Source: Trueperaceae bacterium (GTDB lineage: Bacteria; Deinococcota; Deinococci; Deinococcales; Trueperaceae). Taken from it: a DNA stretch of 64,000 nt. Under the pieces are notes generated by a model. That model was given only the letters and a program-made list of their open reading frames with translations. It had not been told where the DNA came from and did no database searches. Numbering within the stretch: the stretch's first letter is position 1; each line of letters opens with the position of its first letter. The position numbers and the translations under genes are program-made. The stretch is taken from the NCBI GenBank assembly GCA_965215565.1, contig CBDCDZ010000004.1:4096001-4160000 (forward strand), given 5' to 3'. Of the stretch, positions 1 through 11,025 are shown in pieces.

Positions 1-832
1 TGCGCAGCTCTTTCGTCTTCGCGCCGCGCGCTTTTTTGCCTTGGGTTAAGAGGACCTCTTTAAGTCCCGCGTCACGCGCCTCTTGCGTCATCATCTCGAC
101 GTCGTCTTGAGAGAGTTCGGAGGCGGGCTCGAACTCCAACTTCTCCTCGCCCACTTCCGCTTTCATCTGCTCGATGAGGTCTAAGACGCCTTGCATCTCG
201 CGCTGGGCAAACTCGATGGCTCCCACCATCACGTCTTCGGACAACTCATTCGCGCTCGCCTCGACCATCAGCACGGCGTCTTTCGTCGCGGCGACGGTGA
301 GTTCTAACTCCGACTCTTGGAGCTGCTGTAAGGTCGGATTCAAGACGTACTCGCCGTTGATAAAGCCGACGCTCACGCAGGCGAGAGGTCCGTCCCAGGG
401 GGTGCTCGAGATGGACAAGGCCGCCGACGCACCAATGGCGGCGATGATGGCGGGGTCGTTCTCCTGGTCCGCCGAGAGAACCGTGATGATGACCTGAACT
501 TCGTTGCGCAAGCCTTTGGGGAAGAGCGGGCGAATCTGCCTGTCGGTGATGCGAGCGTTCAAAGTCGCCTGATTACCGGGGCGTCCCTCGCGGCGCATAA
601 ATGAGCCGGGAATCTTGCCGATGGCGTAGTGGCGCTCTTCGTATTCGACGGTCAGCGGCAGAAAGCTCATCGGCGAGGTGCCGCCCGACATCTGCGCGGT
701 GACGAGCACGACGGTGCCGCCGTAGCGCACCATCACGCTGCCCGAGACGAGCTTGGCGTACTTACCCGTCTCTAGGGTCAGTTCGCGCCCGCCCAAGGTG
801 GTGCTGTAGGCTTTAGGTTCTGGAATATTCAC
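1..832 (-). CDS. pnp: Polyribonucleotide nucleotidyltransferase (PNPase), 5' part; runs off the window edge
   Basis: Manual minus-strand translation gives LETGKYAKLVSGSVMVRYGGT, FLPLTVEYEERHYAIGKIPGSFMRREGRP and RITDRQIRPLFP; GTG start with AGGAG RBS; downstream of rpsO. Confidence 0.95.
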   Translation of the reverse strand, partial: MNIPEPKAYSTTLGGRELTLETGKYAKLVSGSVMVRYGGTVVLVTAQMSGGTSPMSFLPLTVEYEERHYAIGKIPGSFMRREGRPGNQATLNARITDRQIRPLFPKGLRNEVQVIITVLSADQENDPAIIAAIGASAALSISSTPWDGPLACVSVGFINGEYVLNPTLQQLQESELELTVAATKDAVLMVEASANELSEDVMVGAIEFAQREMQGVLDLIEQMKAEVGEEKLEFEPASELSQDDVEMMTQEARDAGLKEVLLTQGKKARGAKTKELR

Positions 833-1027
833 TCTGTCTCCTCTATTACTTGTATATTCGCACGTGTTGGTGTTCCTGATAAGTCCACAAAATAGGGGTG
901 AAACTGGTAGCTGCGATATACTGCGCTCTTTTCAAGTACAGATTCTTTTAGGAAAGTGACGAGTGACGAGCAATGAGCAAAATTCTTTAACCTACATTGC
1001 CTTTAACGCATCCCTCCACACTCAATA

Positions 1028-1139
1028 TAGCGATTATCAGAAGTACTGAGCTTGAATCACGCAGGTATCATCACAATCAAGTGCGTGCTAGACGATAGTG
1101 TATCTCGTGAGATTGGCTCAAACCAGATGATACCTGCTA
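1028..1139 (+). repeat. Repeat family A (MITE-like), copy 1
   Basis: Ends in ACCAGATGATACCTGCTA; internal 12-bp inverted repeat GCAGGTATCATC (1061-1072) / GATGATACCTGC (1126-1137). Confidence 0.85.
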
Positions 1140-1145
1140 TACAAC

Positions 1146-1173
1146 AAAATAGCGAGGCGTAAGCGGCCTCGCT
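1146..1173 (-). terminator. Putative intrinsic terminator after rpsO
   Basis: AGCGAGGC/GCCTCGCT stem followed by a T-rich run on the minus strand. Confidence 0.6.
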
Positions 1174-1214
1174 CCAAAGCTCATTTGAAGGTGCAAATTG
1201 ATGCGTGAGTGGGT

Positions 1215-1484
1215 TTAACGGCGTAATCCGAGCCGCCCAATCAGCGTTTTATAACCCTCGAAGTCCTTCTGCTCTAAATATTTGAGAAGGCGTTTGCGCT
1301 TACCCACCATCATTAGCAGACCGCGCCGTCCGTGATGATCTTTTCTATTCGCTTGGAGGTGCTCACTCAAGGACTGAATCTGCGCCGTGAGCATAGCGAC
1401 TTGCACTTCAGTTGAGCCGGTGTCGCCCTCTTGCGTACCGTATTCGGAAAATATCTCTTGCTTGTGTTCTTTGCTTAGTGCCAT
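1215..1484 (-). CDS. rpsO: 30S ribosomal protein S15
   Basis: 89 aa from MALSKEHK, with [11 protein letters not shown] and [22 protein letters not shown] motifs. Confidence 0.97.
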   Translation of the reverse strand: MALSKEHKQEIFSEYGTQEGDTGSTEVQVAMLTAQIQSLSEHLQANRKDHHGRRGLLMMVGKRKRLLKYLEQKDFEGYKTLIGRLGLRR

Positions 1485-1546
1485 AATTGAGTTCCTTTCA
1501 GGTAGACCAGCGTAGACGCTGTGGCGCAGCGTGAACCCCAGTCCCC

Positions 1547-1645
1547 TAGCAGGTATCATCTGGTCAAAAACGCGCTTAGTCTGATGGTGTATTGCTCAGC
1601 TTGAACGTCGATGGATGATATCTGCGCTGCACAAGCCTATTGCTT
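1547..1645 (-). repeat. Repeat family A, copy 2 (degenerate), upstream of rpsO
   Basis: TAGCAGGTATCATCTGGTC at 1547; inner inverted arm GATGATATCTGC near 1614-1625. Confidence 0.7.
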
Positions 1646-1750
1646 GGCAACGCTCGAGTCTAACACGCCTTCGTGAGGCAGTTCAAAGAGGGGACTACAG
1701 AAACTTTAGTAGGGCTAACGAAGGAACGTCATCCCTGTAAAATCACCTCT

Positions 1751-2614
1751 ATGCCTCCTCAGCCCGAGCCCGCGCTGCTCGAGTTCCTACGAAACGAACT
1801 AGGAAGCTTTGAAGTCATCCGCTTTTGCGGCTGGGACCACGCCGAGTCGAACGTGTGGGAAGTTTCCGCGAACGGTAAACGTTACTATCTCAAGCAGCAT
1901 AAGCAGCCACGCAAGTTTCAGCAAGAGGTCTACGCTTATCAAAATTGGACACCTCAGTTGCATCCTTTCGTACCTCAACTCACCGCCGTCAAGGAAAAAC
2001 CGAACGCGCTGCTTCTATCCGCCTTGCCAGGCGCACTCGTCCAAGAGACCGCGCTAGATGAGGCTCAGGAGCGAGAGGTCTACCGCCGAGCGGGGGCATT
2101 TTTGCGCCGACTTCACGACTCGCCTTTTGAAGATACCGATAGCGTACTCCTTGCTGATGCGCTTCTCAAGAGGTCGAAGGCGTGGGTCAAGCGGGGAGAG
2201 GAGGTGCTAGGGCCGCGAACAGTGGATTGGGTGAGGGGACGGCTCGAGGAGGCCGTGAATATTACCCGAGAAAGAGGTTGGACGCGCGTCCCCTGCCACC
2301 GCGACTACACCGCCCGCAACTGGCTCTTAGAGGGTGAAGACTTCTACGTCATCGACTTCGAGCACGCCAAGCCTGACCTCTTCTTGTCGGACTTTGAACG
2401 GTTGTGGAGCCTGGTATGGCAGCGCCGCCCAGGCTTGGAGACCGCCTTCTTTGAGGGTTACGGGCGCAGCTTGACGGACGACGAGGCGGGGGTTTTAGAG
2501 CGGTTGGCGGCGCACGGGGCGCTCGTGACGGTAGTGTGGGCGCGGGAGCACGGCGATAGAGAATTCGAGCAGCAGGGGAGAGCGGTGCTGGAGCGGTTGC
2601 GAGGCTTGCTATGA
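1751..2614 (+). CDS. Aminoglycoside phosphotransferase (APH)/kinase-fold protein
   Basis: CHRDYTARN and YVIDFEH kinase motifs; TAAAAT lies 7 nt before ATG 1751, suggesting a leaderless start. Confidence 0.85.
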   Translation: MPPQPEPALLEFLRNELGSFEVIRFCGWDHAESNVWEVSANGKRYYLKQHKQPRKFQQEVYAYQNWTPQLHPFVPQLTAVKEKPNALLLSALPGALVQETALDEAQEREVYRRAGAFLRRLHDSPFEDTDSVLLADALLKRSKAWVKRGEEVLGPRTVDWVRGRLEEAVNITRERGWTRVPCHRDYTARNWLLEGEDFYVIDFEHAKPDLFLSDFERLWSLVWQRRPGLETAFFEGYGRSLTDDEAGVLERLAAHGALVTVVWAREHGDREFEQQGRAVLERLRGLL

Positions 2615-2702
2615 GCGCACCTCTTGTTCTAAACGCTCGAGCCCTACCGATAAGCCTTTGTGAGCGAACTGACTTCCAAATCCAAGAATGCCACTTTTCA
2701 AA

Positions 2703-2976
2703 TAGCAGTTCTCATTGCTTGGACGAAGTCATGCGAAGTAACACTTCTCCGCAGATTTCACAGCTTCGCTGTAACGGAACTTCATCCCTGAAAGTGCGTG
2801 CTAAGTACTCCAGCCTAAATAATCTAAACTATTTTGGAAAGATTTCTCCCTGTAAGATGCGTTTCGTCAACCTCTTTAGTTTAGGTTATTTCCACGCACC
2901 TACTTAGGCAATGTTCTTTTTAGTGAGAGTGTTACTTCGTATAGCTTCGCTCAAGCTGACCAAATGATACCTGCTA
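2703..2976 (+). repeat. Repeat family A, copy 3, carrying a nested insertion
   Basis: Runs TAGCAGTTC...ACCAAATGATACCTGCTA; aligns to the copy at 38633 apart from insertions. Confidence 0.85.
2804..2904. mobile_element. 101-bp MITE-like element nested in repeat A, with TA duplication
   Basis: TA at 2802-2803 and 2905-2906 where the 38633 copy has a single TA; AGTA/TACT termini; subterminal inverted repeats 2817-2831 and 2877-2891 (14/15 match). Confidence 0.65.
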
Positions 2977-3298
2977 AAAAAATACGGGTTTTAAGAAAGG
3001 TGAACTCAAGTGGCGAAAACCTCGGGGAAACGCCCGCTCCCCGCAAAAACCGCGCGCTTTCCCCTTTTTTGTCAAACTAAGGTACAATGGGATGATAGAC
3101 AAGCAGCCCCCACCCTGCCATAATCGAGGGTAGAGGCTACGGTTTAGACTGCACGATGATCAGGCTGCGTAATGTCAGGTTGCATCATGGAGCAGCGGCA
3201 GACTGTAGTGCGTGTCTAAAATGCGTGTATGTAAAGCGCTTGTGCATATAGTCTGTCGAAGGCGTCTGTAAAAGGTGGACCAGAGGGAGGAGTGTACC

Positions 3299-4027
3299 TT
3301 GGCGGGTCATAGCAAATGGTCGCAAATCAAGCGCAAAAAAGCGGCTAACGACAAGGAGCGCAGCAAGGCGATCAGCAAGCACATCCGCGCGATTCAAGCT
3401 GCGGTGCGCGAGGGTGGCAGCGGCGATCCTAGCGCGAATTTGCCGCTTAAAAACGCTCTCTCGGCGGCGAAGACCGACGACGTTCCCCAGGACAACATCG
3501 AACGCGCTATCGAACGTGCGTTAGGCGGCGCTGAAGGGGGCGGCTTCGACGAGGTGATGTACGAGGGATATGGGCCCGCGGGCGTCGCGGTGCTCGTCGA
3601 GGCGCTTACAGACAACCGCAACCGCACCGTCGCCGAGGTGCGGCACGCTTTTAGCAAGCACGAGGGCAACATGTCGGGCGCGACTGCGTGGCAGTTCGAC
3701 GCCAAGGGCGTAATCGTGCTGAGCGACACGGGTGAGCGCGCGCAAGAACTCGCCATCGAGCTGGGCGCGCAAGACCTCGAGGTTGAGGAGGGTCTCTTGA
3801 CGGTTTATACTGAGCCCGCTGACCTCTACACGCTAGTCGAAGGGTTTCAAGAGGTGGGTTTCGAGCCCGAGGTGAGCCAGTTGACCAAACTGCCGCAGAC
3901 GACGACGCCCATAAGTGGTGAAGACGCGGGCAAGGTAGTAAGACTTTTAGAGGCGTTAGAAGAACTCGACGACGTGCAAAGTGTCTACAGCACCGCTGAC
4001 TTGAGCAGCGTGAGCGAACCCGTTTAG
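3299..4027 (+). CDS. yebC: YebC/PmpR family protein
   Basis: [14 protein letters not shown]-terminus, YEGYGPAG and TDNRNRT motifs; TTG start after GGAGG. Confidence 0.95.
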   Translation: MAGHSKWSQIKRKKAANDKERSKAISKHIRAIQAAVREGGSGDPSANLPLKNALSAAKTDDVPQDNIERAIERALGGAEGGGFDEVMYEGYGPAGVAVLVEALTDNRNRTVAEVRHAFSKHEGNMSGATAWQFDAKGVIVLSDTGERAQELAIELGAQDLEVEEGLLTVYTEPADLYTLVEGFQEVGFEPEVSQLTKLPQTTTPISGEDAGKVVRLLEALEELDDVQSVYSTADLSSVSEPV

Positions 4028-4816
4028 GTGGCTGATATGACGATGGCAAATAAGATGGTGGCAAAGATGACCAACAAGATGGCGGATGATTCCAACGCGG
4101 CTCACAGACCAGACGTTCCGACGCTGAGCTGGGACAACTTGCAAAAGGTGAACGCTTCGCAGATGCAGCATATCTCCCTCTTGGCAACGGGCAAGTACGG
4201 GTTCGATATGCGCGTGCTCATGGAGGAGGCGGGCAAGAGCCTAGCGAATTTAGCCGCTCACCTCACGCCTAAGGGTCCGTCGCTCGTCGTCGCGGGGCGC
4301 GGCAACAACGGCGGCGCGGGGCTCGCGGCGGCGCGCTACCTAGCCGAGATGGGCAGACCCGTATGGGTCGTGCCGACGCACGAGGCGGAGAACTATTCGG
4401 GCGTGCCTAAAGAGCAGCTCGAGAAGCTCAGCGAATATAAAAATATCCGCGTGCGTAGCGGCTTACCCAAGATGAAGTTCCAGTGCATCATCGACACGGC
4501 GGTAGGGATTCACTTAGAGGGTCCCCCGAGGGGGCGCACGCTCGACGTCATCACGGTGCTTAACAGCATGAACGGTTGTCCCATCATCTCGCTCGACGCG
4601 CCTACCGGCATGGACGTCAACGACGGCAGCGTACCCGGCGACGTCGTGCAGGCCACGGCGACGCTGTCGCTCGTGCTGCCCAAGGCGGGCGTCAGGCCCG
4701 GCGGTCACGTCGGCGAACTGTACCTGGCAGGACTCGGTCTGCCCGAAGACCTCTTCGGCGATCTCGGCCTAGAGCCCTTCGCGCCGCCCGCCCCCTGGGG
4801 AAGAATCTCGGAGTAG
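4028..4816 (+). CDS. nnrE: NAD(P)H-hydrate epimerase (stand-alone YjeF_N)
   Basis: LMEEAG, GRGNNGGAG and SLDAPTG motifs; true start uncertain because of several N-terminal Met codons. Confidence 0.8.
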   Translation: MADMTMANKMVAKMTNKMADDSNAAHRPDVPTLSWDNLQKVNASQMQHISLLATGKYGFDMRVLMEEAGKSLANLAAHLTPKGPSLVVAGRGNNGGAGLAAARYLAEMGRPVWVVPTHEAENYSGVPKEQLEKLSEYKNIRVRSGLPKMKFQCIIDTAVGIHLEGPPRGRTLDVITVLNSMNGCPIISLDAPTGMDVNDGSVPGDVVQATATLSLVLPKAGVRPGGHVGELYLAGLGLPEDLFGDLGLEPFAPPAPWGRISE

Positions 4817-5017
4817 GTGGCGCATCTCGAGCCCGCCGACGCAAGTCCCTCATCCGTTTTTACACCTCTTGCAAAAGGGCTTGCAGCGCTCTATCAACTC
4901 TGACCTTTAGCAATTGCCACGTTTTAAGGTCTGTCTTCTGCTCATAGAATCTGACGCCCGACTGAGAACCCCGTTCTGCTCGTAACGGGGTCTTTCAACC
5001 CGCTCGGCAAGTTGATA

Positions 5018-5174
5018 TAGCAGGTATCATCTGGTCAGAGACACTCTCACTTTGTGAAACGCTGTTTCCTGCGGAAAACTTCGTAATTAGCACGCACTTT
5101 GAGGGATGAAATTCCGCTAGCTCTGCGAGCTGAGACCTGCGTTCAACTGTCTCAGTGTGTCGTGGAACTGCTTA
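5018..5174 (-). repeat. Repeat family A, copy 4
   Basis: Nearly identical, as reverse complement, to the copy at 25443-25577, plus an insert of about 20 nt. Confidence 0.9.
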
Positions 5175-5440
5175 TAGAAGCTCTGCAACGCGGTTTTCGA
5201 CCCTCGCGCTTCTACAAAGATGTCACGTGAACTACATGGTAGCGCGGTGACTTTATCTGCGTGCGTTCTGTACCAATGACAAAGCGCCCCTTATGAGATG
5301 TGCCCCCCATGAAATGTGTCTGTTACAAGCTGTACCTGCTGCCGGTTTCACCCAGTGACTAAAGCGGGCGCTATGATAAAGGCTATGCAAAGTCAACACA
5401 TTGCCGCCCCCCTTTACGCCTACTTTCCCTTTGTTCTCGC

Positions 5441-6034
5441 ATGATCGCTTACCTCGACGGCGTCGTCTCCGAAATCCGCGACAACAGCGTCGTGATTCAG
5501 TCGGGCGCGTTCGGCATGGAGGTCTTTGCGCCCAAAGCCACGCTCATCGTCTGCAAAGTCGGCTCGGCTCTGAGGCTCCACACCTACTTGCTCGTCAAAG
5601 AGGACCTGCTCGCGCTCTACGGTTTTCACAACAAGGACATGCATACGCTCTTCACCTACCTCATCGGCGTGTCGGGCGTCGGACCCAAGCTCGCACTCGC
5701 GATGCTCTCGTCTATGCAGACGACAATCCTTGCGGGCGCAATCTTAGGCGGTGACGCGGGACTCTTGTCCTCCGCGCCCGGCGTGGGCAAGCGGATGGCG
5801 GAGCGCATCATCCTAGACCTTAAAAACAAGCTGCCTGAGGAGTTGCTGGCGGCGTCGGGCGGCGCGCGCCCCACCGTGCTCACCTCGCAAGCGGGCGAGG
5901 ACGCCGTGGAAGCCCTGCTCGCGCTGGGCTACCGGGAGTCGCAAGTCAAGGGTGTGGTAGCCGAACTCGCGCTGCAAGACCCCGAGGCGGGCGCAGAGGT
6001 GTTGATTCGCAAGGCGCTCGCCAAGTTGCGTTAG
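5441..6034 (+). CDS. ruvA: Holliday junction branch migration protein RuvA
   Basis: MIAYLDG start, LYGF, VSGVGPKLA and PGVGKRMAERIILDLK HhH motifs, ALLALGY C-terminal domain. Confidence 0.96.
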   Translation: MIAYLDGVVSEIRDNSVVIQSGAFGMEVFAPKATLIVCKVGSALRLHTYLLVKEDLLALYGFHNKDMHTLFTYLIGVSGVGPKLALAMLSSMQTTILAGAILGGDAGLLSSAPGVGKRMAERIILDLKNKLPEELLAASGGARPTVLTSQAGEDAVEALLALGYRESQVKGVVAELALQDPEAGAEVLIRKALAKLR

Positions 6035-6115
6035 TCTATCAAGTATCAAAAAAAGCGCGCGCTCGAATCCAAACGATGGGCACGCAACGTTTGAGACCTG
6101 AGGATAACGCCGTCA

Positions 6116-6223
6116 GTAAGGGCGGGTTTCAAAACCCGCCCCTACACGTTTATGCGCTCCTGTACCTGCTGACAATGCGGCTCGGTAGGGGGACATGGTG
6201 AGTGCTGTACGAATCACCCCTAC
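6116..6223. repeat. Two GTAG-type REP-like palindromes
   Basis: GTAAGGGCGGGTTTCAAAACCCGCCCCTAC (6116-6145) and GTAGGGG...GAATCACCCCTAC (6185-6223). Confidence 0.65.
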
Positions 6224-6540
6224 GCCGTTTCAGAAATACACAGAAATAACCAGGACTTACGCATGTAAAACTTTAAGGAGATAGTCGTCATCCCAACTCA
6301 CCCTGCTGCGCTTAGCTTTGATACTGGCTTTAAGCGTTGATTCTTGCTTGAGCTGATTGAGGGCTAGATGGCGCAAGGTAACGAGGTTAGCTTGCGCGTT
6401 CTGCGTTCTCGCTCTGCTTTCGTCTTCCCTGAAAGCGACATCTAAAGTTCAGTGTAGCCCGTTTTCGATACCCCAGTGAGCACGCACCGCGTAAGCCAGC
6501 GTTTGCGCGTCCGTGAGGCTGTTCAGGAAGTAGCCGACTC

Positions 6541-7437
6541 TTAGGGGTCGCCTTTGTCGTGTTGGGCAAGAACAAACGACAATACTGCCCCGTTCCAAGC
6601 TGCTGTTTGTTCAATATGAGCCAGATGTCCTACTCCGTCAATAAGGTTAAGTTTTGCGTCCGTAAGACGTTCTTTTAAGCGTACAGCGACACTTGAAGGG
6701 AACCGCATGTCGTTCTCGCCGTGCAAAATAAGGGTAGGCAAGTCAGCCTTTTGCAGCACCTTTTCGTAGTTGGGAGCGTTGGCGTCTCGGAGTGTTCCCG
6801 CTCGCCAAGCGCCCATCCACTCACCGGAAAAACGGATACGGTCAAGGACCCCTCGAGCCTCCCCAAGCTTCTCGAGGTCGTAAACATCAAGCGGTAAGGT
6901 TACGTGAGCGAGCCGAACCGTACGCGCCTCGTCACTCAGGTCAGGAGAAGAGAAGATGTGTGCAACTTCTCCTTGTATCTCTGTGTTATAACGCTCTCGG
7001 TACTCCGCCCAGCCGTCTAAATCTTCTTGATAGTCCGAATAAGCTGTGGTGGAGGCGAGAACAAGCCGCTCTACATACGCTGGATAGAGGTGCAAAAAGC
7101 GCATAGCAACTTGTCCACCGTAGGAAAAGCCAAGAAGCGTAACCTTAGCGAGCCCTAATGCGTCTAAAAGTTGCTTCAAGTCTTCCACAGCGTGGGTAAG
7201 ATGGTAGAGGTTCGGTTTTCCGAAACGCTGTGAGCGTCCACAGCCGCGCAGGTCGAAAAGCGTCAGGCGCATCTGCTCGGAAAGAGACTCGAGGTAAGGT
7301 AGAAAGTAGCTATGGTCCCAGTCGGGTCCGCCGTGTACGATGACTAAGTTCTGAGGACCTCTGCCTAACTGACGGACGAAAAGCTGAACGCCACGCAGTT
7401 GAATCAGCCCGCCCGAAGTCGTTATTTGCGCAGACAT
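6541..7437 (-). CDS. Alpha/beta hydrolase (proline iminopeptidase-like)
   Basis: HGGP oxyanion motif, GFSYGG nucleophile elbow, GH catalytic His. Confidence 0.88.
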   Translation of the reverse strand: MSAQITTSGGLIQLRGVQLFVRQLGRGPQNLVIVHGGPDWDHSYFLPYLESLSEQMRLTLFDLRGCGRSQRFGKPNLYHLTHAVEDLKQLLDALGLAKVTLLGFSYGGQVAMRFLHLYPAYVERLVLASTTAYSDYQEDLDGWAEYRERYNTEIQGEVAHIFSSPDLSDEARTVRLAHVTLPLDVYDLEKLGEARGVLDRIRFSGEWMGAWRAGTLRDANAPNYEKVLQKADLPTLILHGENDMRFPSSVAVRLKERLTDAKLNLIDGVGHLAHIEQTAAWNGAVLSFVLAQHDKGDP

Positions 7438-7564
7438 AAAGCAAGCGTACATGACGTGGCGAAGACCTTTTAACCTGTATAATCACCCTTTGACAGGACG
7501 CGCAACCAGGCGCACCTCCTCCTTTACAAACAACCCAACTTCATCCAAAAGAATAGAGAGAACT

Positions 7565-9373
7565 ATGAATTACCGAAACATTGCCATCATCGCGCACGTT
7601 GACCACGGCAAAACGACGCTTGTAGATGGGATGCTCAAGCAGTCGCACATCTTCCGCGACAATCAAGAGGTCATGGACCGCGTCATGGACTCGAACGACT
7701 TGGAGCGCGAGCGCGGCATCACCATCCTGGCGAAAAATACCGCTGTGGAGTGGGAAGGTACGAAAATTAACATCGTGGATACGCCCGGTCACGCCGATTT
7801 CGGTGGTGAGGTCGAGCGGGCGCTAGGCTTAGTGGACGGCGTGCTCCTACTCGTGGACGCCGCCGAAGGTCCAATGCCGCAGACGCGCTTTGTGCTCGGT
7901 AAAGCCTTGGCAAGAGGGCTCAAACCGATCGTCGTTATCAACAAAATCGACCGCAAGGACGCTCGTCCCGATGAGGTAGTGAACCTCACCTTTGATTTGA
8001 TGGTCGAACTCGGTGCGGACGACGAGCAGTTGGACTTCCCCATCGTCTACGCAATTGCTCGAGACGGACAAGCCTGGTTGGAGTTAGAGAACCCTGGCGA
8101 CAATTTAGAGCCGCTCTTCGAAACCATCTTAGAGCAAATCCCCGCCGCTAAAGTGGACACCGACGCGCCCTTCCAGCTTCAAGTAACGAACCTCGACTAC
8201 TCGGACTACTTAGGGCGCTTAGCGCTCGGACACGTGAAGCGTGGCACTTTGAAGAAGAACGACAGCGTGGTGCGTATCGCTCGCGACGGGTCGCAGGTTC
8301 GCTCGAGAGTCACCAAACTCTACACACACATGGGCTTAGCCCGCGTCGAAGTCGAAGAGGTCTCGGCGGGCGACATCATCGCGCTTTCGGGCGTGGATGA
8401 GGTGCAAATCGGCGATACGCTCACCGACCCCAACACGCCCGACGCGCTGCCCGTCGTGAGCGTGGACGAGCCTACCATCAGCATGACCTTTGCGCCGAAT
8501 ACGAGCCCTTTTGCGGGCAAAGAGGGCAAGTACGTCACTTCGCGCCACCTCAAAGACCGCCTGGAGCGCGAACTCCTCACCAACGTCGCCCTGCGCGTCG
8601 AAGAACTCGGCAGCGAGCAGTTCCGCGTGGCGGGGCGCGGCGAGTTGCACCTCTCGATTCTGATTGAACAGATGCGCCGCGAGGGGTACGAGTTTGCGGT
8701 CTCACGCCCGGAAGTCATCATGAGAGAGGTGGATGGGCAGACCTTAGAACCCTACGAGCACGTCGTTGCTGATGTTCCCGAAAGCGCGATGGGCAGCGTG
8801 ATTGAATCGCTCTCCGGGCGCAAAGGGACGTTGCTCAACATGGCGCAAGAAGGGGGCAGGACGAGGCTCGAGTTCTCCATCCCCAGCCGCGCGTTGTTCG
8901 GCTACCGCACCCAGTTCTTGTCCATGACCCAAGGCGAAGGACTCTTAAACCATGTCTTCGACGGCTACGAGCCCGTCCTCAAAGACCTCAAGACGCGCCA
9001 GAGCGGGTCTTTGGTCGTGATGGAGCCCGGTGAAGTCTTCGCCTACTCGCTCTACAAGCTGCAAGACCGAGGTACGTTCTTCGTAGACCCCGGTACAGAG
9101 GTCTACGTCGGGATGATCGTCGGGGCGAACGCTCGCATGGGCGATTTGAATATCAACGTGACGAAGAACAAGAAGCTGACTAACGTACGGGCTTCAGGCA
9201 GTGACGACAACATCAACCTCACGCCGCCTAAGAAGCTGACCTTGGAAGAGGCGTTGGAGTACATCGCTGACGACGAACTCGTCGAGGTGACGCCGCAGAG
9301 TATTCGCCTTCGCAAGCGCGTCTTGGACCCCGGGATGCGGAAGCGGACGGAGAAGGTGGCGGCGACGAGTTAG
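7565..9373 (+). CDS. typA: Translational GTPase TypA/BipA
   Basis: [36 protein letters not shown] and C-terminal DDELVEVTP motifs. Confidence 0.97.
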   Translation: MNYRNIAIIAHVDHGKTTLVDGMLKQSHIFRDNQEVMDRVMDSNDLERERGITILAKNTAVEWEGTKINIVDTPGHADFGGEVERALGLVDGVLLLVDAAEGPMPQTRFVLGKALARGLKPIVVINKIDRKDARPDEVVNLTFDLMVELGADDEQLDFPIVYAIARDGQAWLELENPGDNLEPLFETILEQIPAAKVDTDAPFQLQVTNLDYSDYLGRLALGHVKRGTLKKNDSVVRIARDGSQVRSRVTKLYTHMGLARVEVEEVSAGDIIALSGVDEVQIGDTLTDPNTPDALPVVSVDEPTISMTFAPNTSPFAGKEGKYVTSRHLKDRLERELLTNVALRVEELGSEQFRVAGRGELHLSILIEQMRREGYEFAVSRPEVIMREVDGQTLEPYEHVVADVPESAMGSVIESLSGRKGTLLNMAQEGGRTRLEFSIPSRALFGYRTQFLSMTQGEGLLNHVFDGYEPVLKDLKTRQSGSLVVMEPGEVFAYSLYKLQDRGTFFVDPGTEVYVGMIVGANARMGDLNINVTKNKKLTNVRASGSDDNINLTPPKKLTLEEALEYIADDELVEVTPQSIRLRKRVLDPGMRKRTEKVAATS

Positions 9374-9528
9374 AGGATAACGCCGAAAACTGCTAAAAGA
9401 GCGATGATGCCAAAGATGGCGAAGATGATATAAGCTACCTTGACGCTCGGTTTTTTAGAGGTGCGCCCCCAGAGGTGGACGTTAAAGTCCTCCTCTTTTT
9501 CTTTGGATTCGTTTTCCCTATTCGCCAT
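9370..9528 (-). CDS. Small membrane protein (52 aa)
   Basis: GGAGG RBS and a C-terminal hydrophobic helix. Confidence 0.55.
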   Translation of the reverse strand: MANRENESKEKEEDFNVHLWGRTSKKPSVKVAYIIFAIFGIIALLAVFGVIL

Positions 9529-9573
9529 AACGCCCTCCGCATTACTCGGTTTTGCTGATACTATGAAGTTCCT

Positions 9574-10365
9574 ATGACTCGGCAAGTCCCTATTACGCTC
9601 GCGCAGTTTCCTATCAGCTTAAATGTTCGGGATAATTTAACCGTGATGACCGATATTATCACTGAAGCAAACGCTGGCGACGTGGTTGTTTTCCCTGAAG
9701 GGGCTTTGTCTGGCTACGACACGGACGTGAGCTTTCTAGCGGACATTGACACGACTTTATTAGACGAGGGACTCAAAACGCTACGGGACGTTTCTCAGCA
9801 AGCAGGTGTTCATCTTATCTTTGGCTCTTGTATCTGTGAGGCGGGGAGGTGGTTCAACGCGGGTATCTACTACGCTGCTGGCAACACGTTCATCTACAAA
9901 AAGATAAATCTAGCGACGAATGAGCGCGGCGTTTTTCGCTCAGGCGATGCTCTTCCAACCTTTCAAGTGCGTATTGGAGACTCGAGTTTTACCGCAGGTA
10001 TTCAGCTCTGTAGAGAGATACGCTTTCCCGAACAGTGGCAACACCTCTCTCGTTCCGGCGCTGAGGTCATCTTCTATCTAACGAACGCGGTAGGCGATAG
10101 CAAGGAAGCGCTCGTTTGGGACGCTCACCTCATCAGCCGCGCGGCTGAAAATCAACGCTTCGTCGTGGCTGCGAATAATGCTCACGCTGAGCAAAAATGC
10201 TCTACGATGATTGTGAGTCCATCGGGTAAAGTGCTTCATAAGGTCAGTTCGGCTGAGACAGAAATTGTACGTGAAACGATAGATTTAGAGGCTGTCTCCA
10301 ACTGGTATCTTGACCAAGCTCGAGTGGACGTTATCGAAGTTGTCTGTCATGCAACCGAGGCGTAA
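9574..10365 (+). CDS. Carbon-nitrogen hydrolase (nitrilase superfamily)
   Basis: FPEG, YKKI and QLCREIRFPE carry the E-K-C triad; RAAENQ motif. Confidence 0.9.
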   Translation: MTRQVPITLAQFPISLNVRDNLTVMTDIITEANAGDVVVFPEGALSGYDTDVSFLADIDTTLLDEGLKTLRDVSQQAGVHLIFGSCICEAGRWFNAGIYYAAGNTFIYKKINLATNERGVFRSGDALPTFQVRIGDSSFTAGIQLCREIRFPEQWQHLSRSGAEVIFYLTNAVGDSKEALVWDAHLISRAAENQRFVVAANNAHAEQKCSTMIVSPSGKVLHKVSSAETEIVRETIDLEAVSNWYLDQARVDVIEVVCHATEA

Positions 10366-10367
10366 AA

Positions 10368-10949
10368 ATGACACCTAATCCCGTTGACCTCTTCCTCGAG
10401 TGGTACAAAACCGCCACTCAAAACAGCCCCCTCAACCATCCCAAAGCAGTTTGTGTCTCTACAGTCAACGCAAGCGGTGAACCCGAAGCGCGGTTCGTCG
10501 CGCTTAAAGAGGTGTCCGGGGCTGGCTTTGTTTTTTGTACGGCGTTCGACTCTCCTAAGGGGCTCGAGCTTGCTGATAACCCCAATGTCGCCTTGACCTT
10601 TTGGTGGGACCACATCGAGCGTCAAGTTAGGGTGAGCGGCACAGCAGCACGCATCTCAGATGAGGAAGCAGATCGATATTTTCAGGGGCGGCGTAAGGAC
10701 GCACAGCTTACCTCTTTGGTATCGGAGCAGAGTCAGCCTTTGGAGCAGCTCGAGCGTTTAGAGAAGAGGTTGCAAGAGGTCGAAGCGCAGTTTGAGGGTC
10801 AAGAGGTACCGCGTCCTGAGAACTGGGGTGGGTACTGCGTGAAACCTAAGAGGCTCGAGTTTCTAAAATTCAAAGCTGACAGACTGCACGAGCGAATGCT
10901 TTTCACTTATGATGTGAATGGCTGGATAAAGCAGTTGCTTCAGCCTTGA
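10368..10949 (+). CDS. pdxH: Pyridoxine/pyridoxamine 5'-phosphate oxidase
   Basis: PEARFVALK, RQVRVSG, PRPENWGGY, RLHER and LQP C-terminus. Confidence 0.92.
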   Translation: MTPNPVDLFLEWYKTATQNSPLNHPKAVCVSTVNASGEPEARFVALKEVSGAGFVFCTAFDSPKGLELADNPNVALTFWWDHIERQVRVSGTAARISDEEADRYFQGRRKDAQLTSLVSEQSQPLEQLERLEKRLQEVEAQFEGQEVPRPENWGGYCVKPKRLEFLKFKADRLHERMLFTYDVNGWIKQLLQP

Positions 10950-11025
10950 TTCACTCATGCCTTTTCACCTTGCGGAAGCGTCCGCACCGAGCTACCCACC
11001 TATCCAAATACCTCTTCTCTTCCTG

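Noticed and set aside
1485..1546. S15 autoregulatory leader RNA
   Set aside because: Plausible by position, but I cannot match a defined structure from the sequence alone.
2611..2907. 98-aa ORF, and similar ORFs at 25337-25582 and 61683-62000 and the 5' extension from 40989
   Set aside because: They run through repeat-A copies, share spurious peptide similarity for that reason and show no protein-family features.
4817..5440. Possible ruvC remnant between yebC and ruvA
   Set aside because: No RuvC-like motifs were recognised; the interval holds a repeat-A copy and hairpins.
3166..6262. TGCGTAATGTCAGG (near 3166) and CAGGACTTACGCA (near 6251) as IS4-like ends of a composite element
   Set aside because: Short, imperfect, facing outward and enclosing housekeeping genes; no transposase. 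At most isolated remnants.
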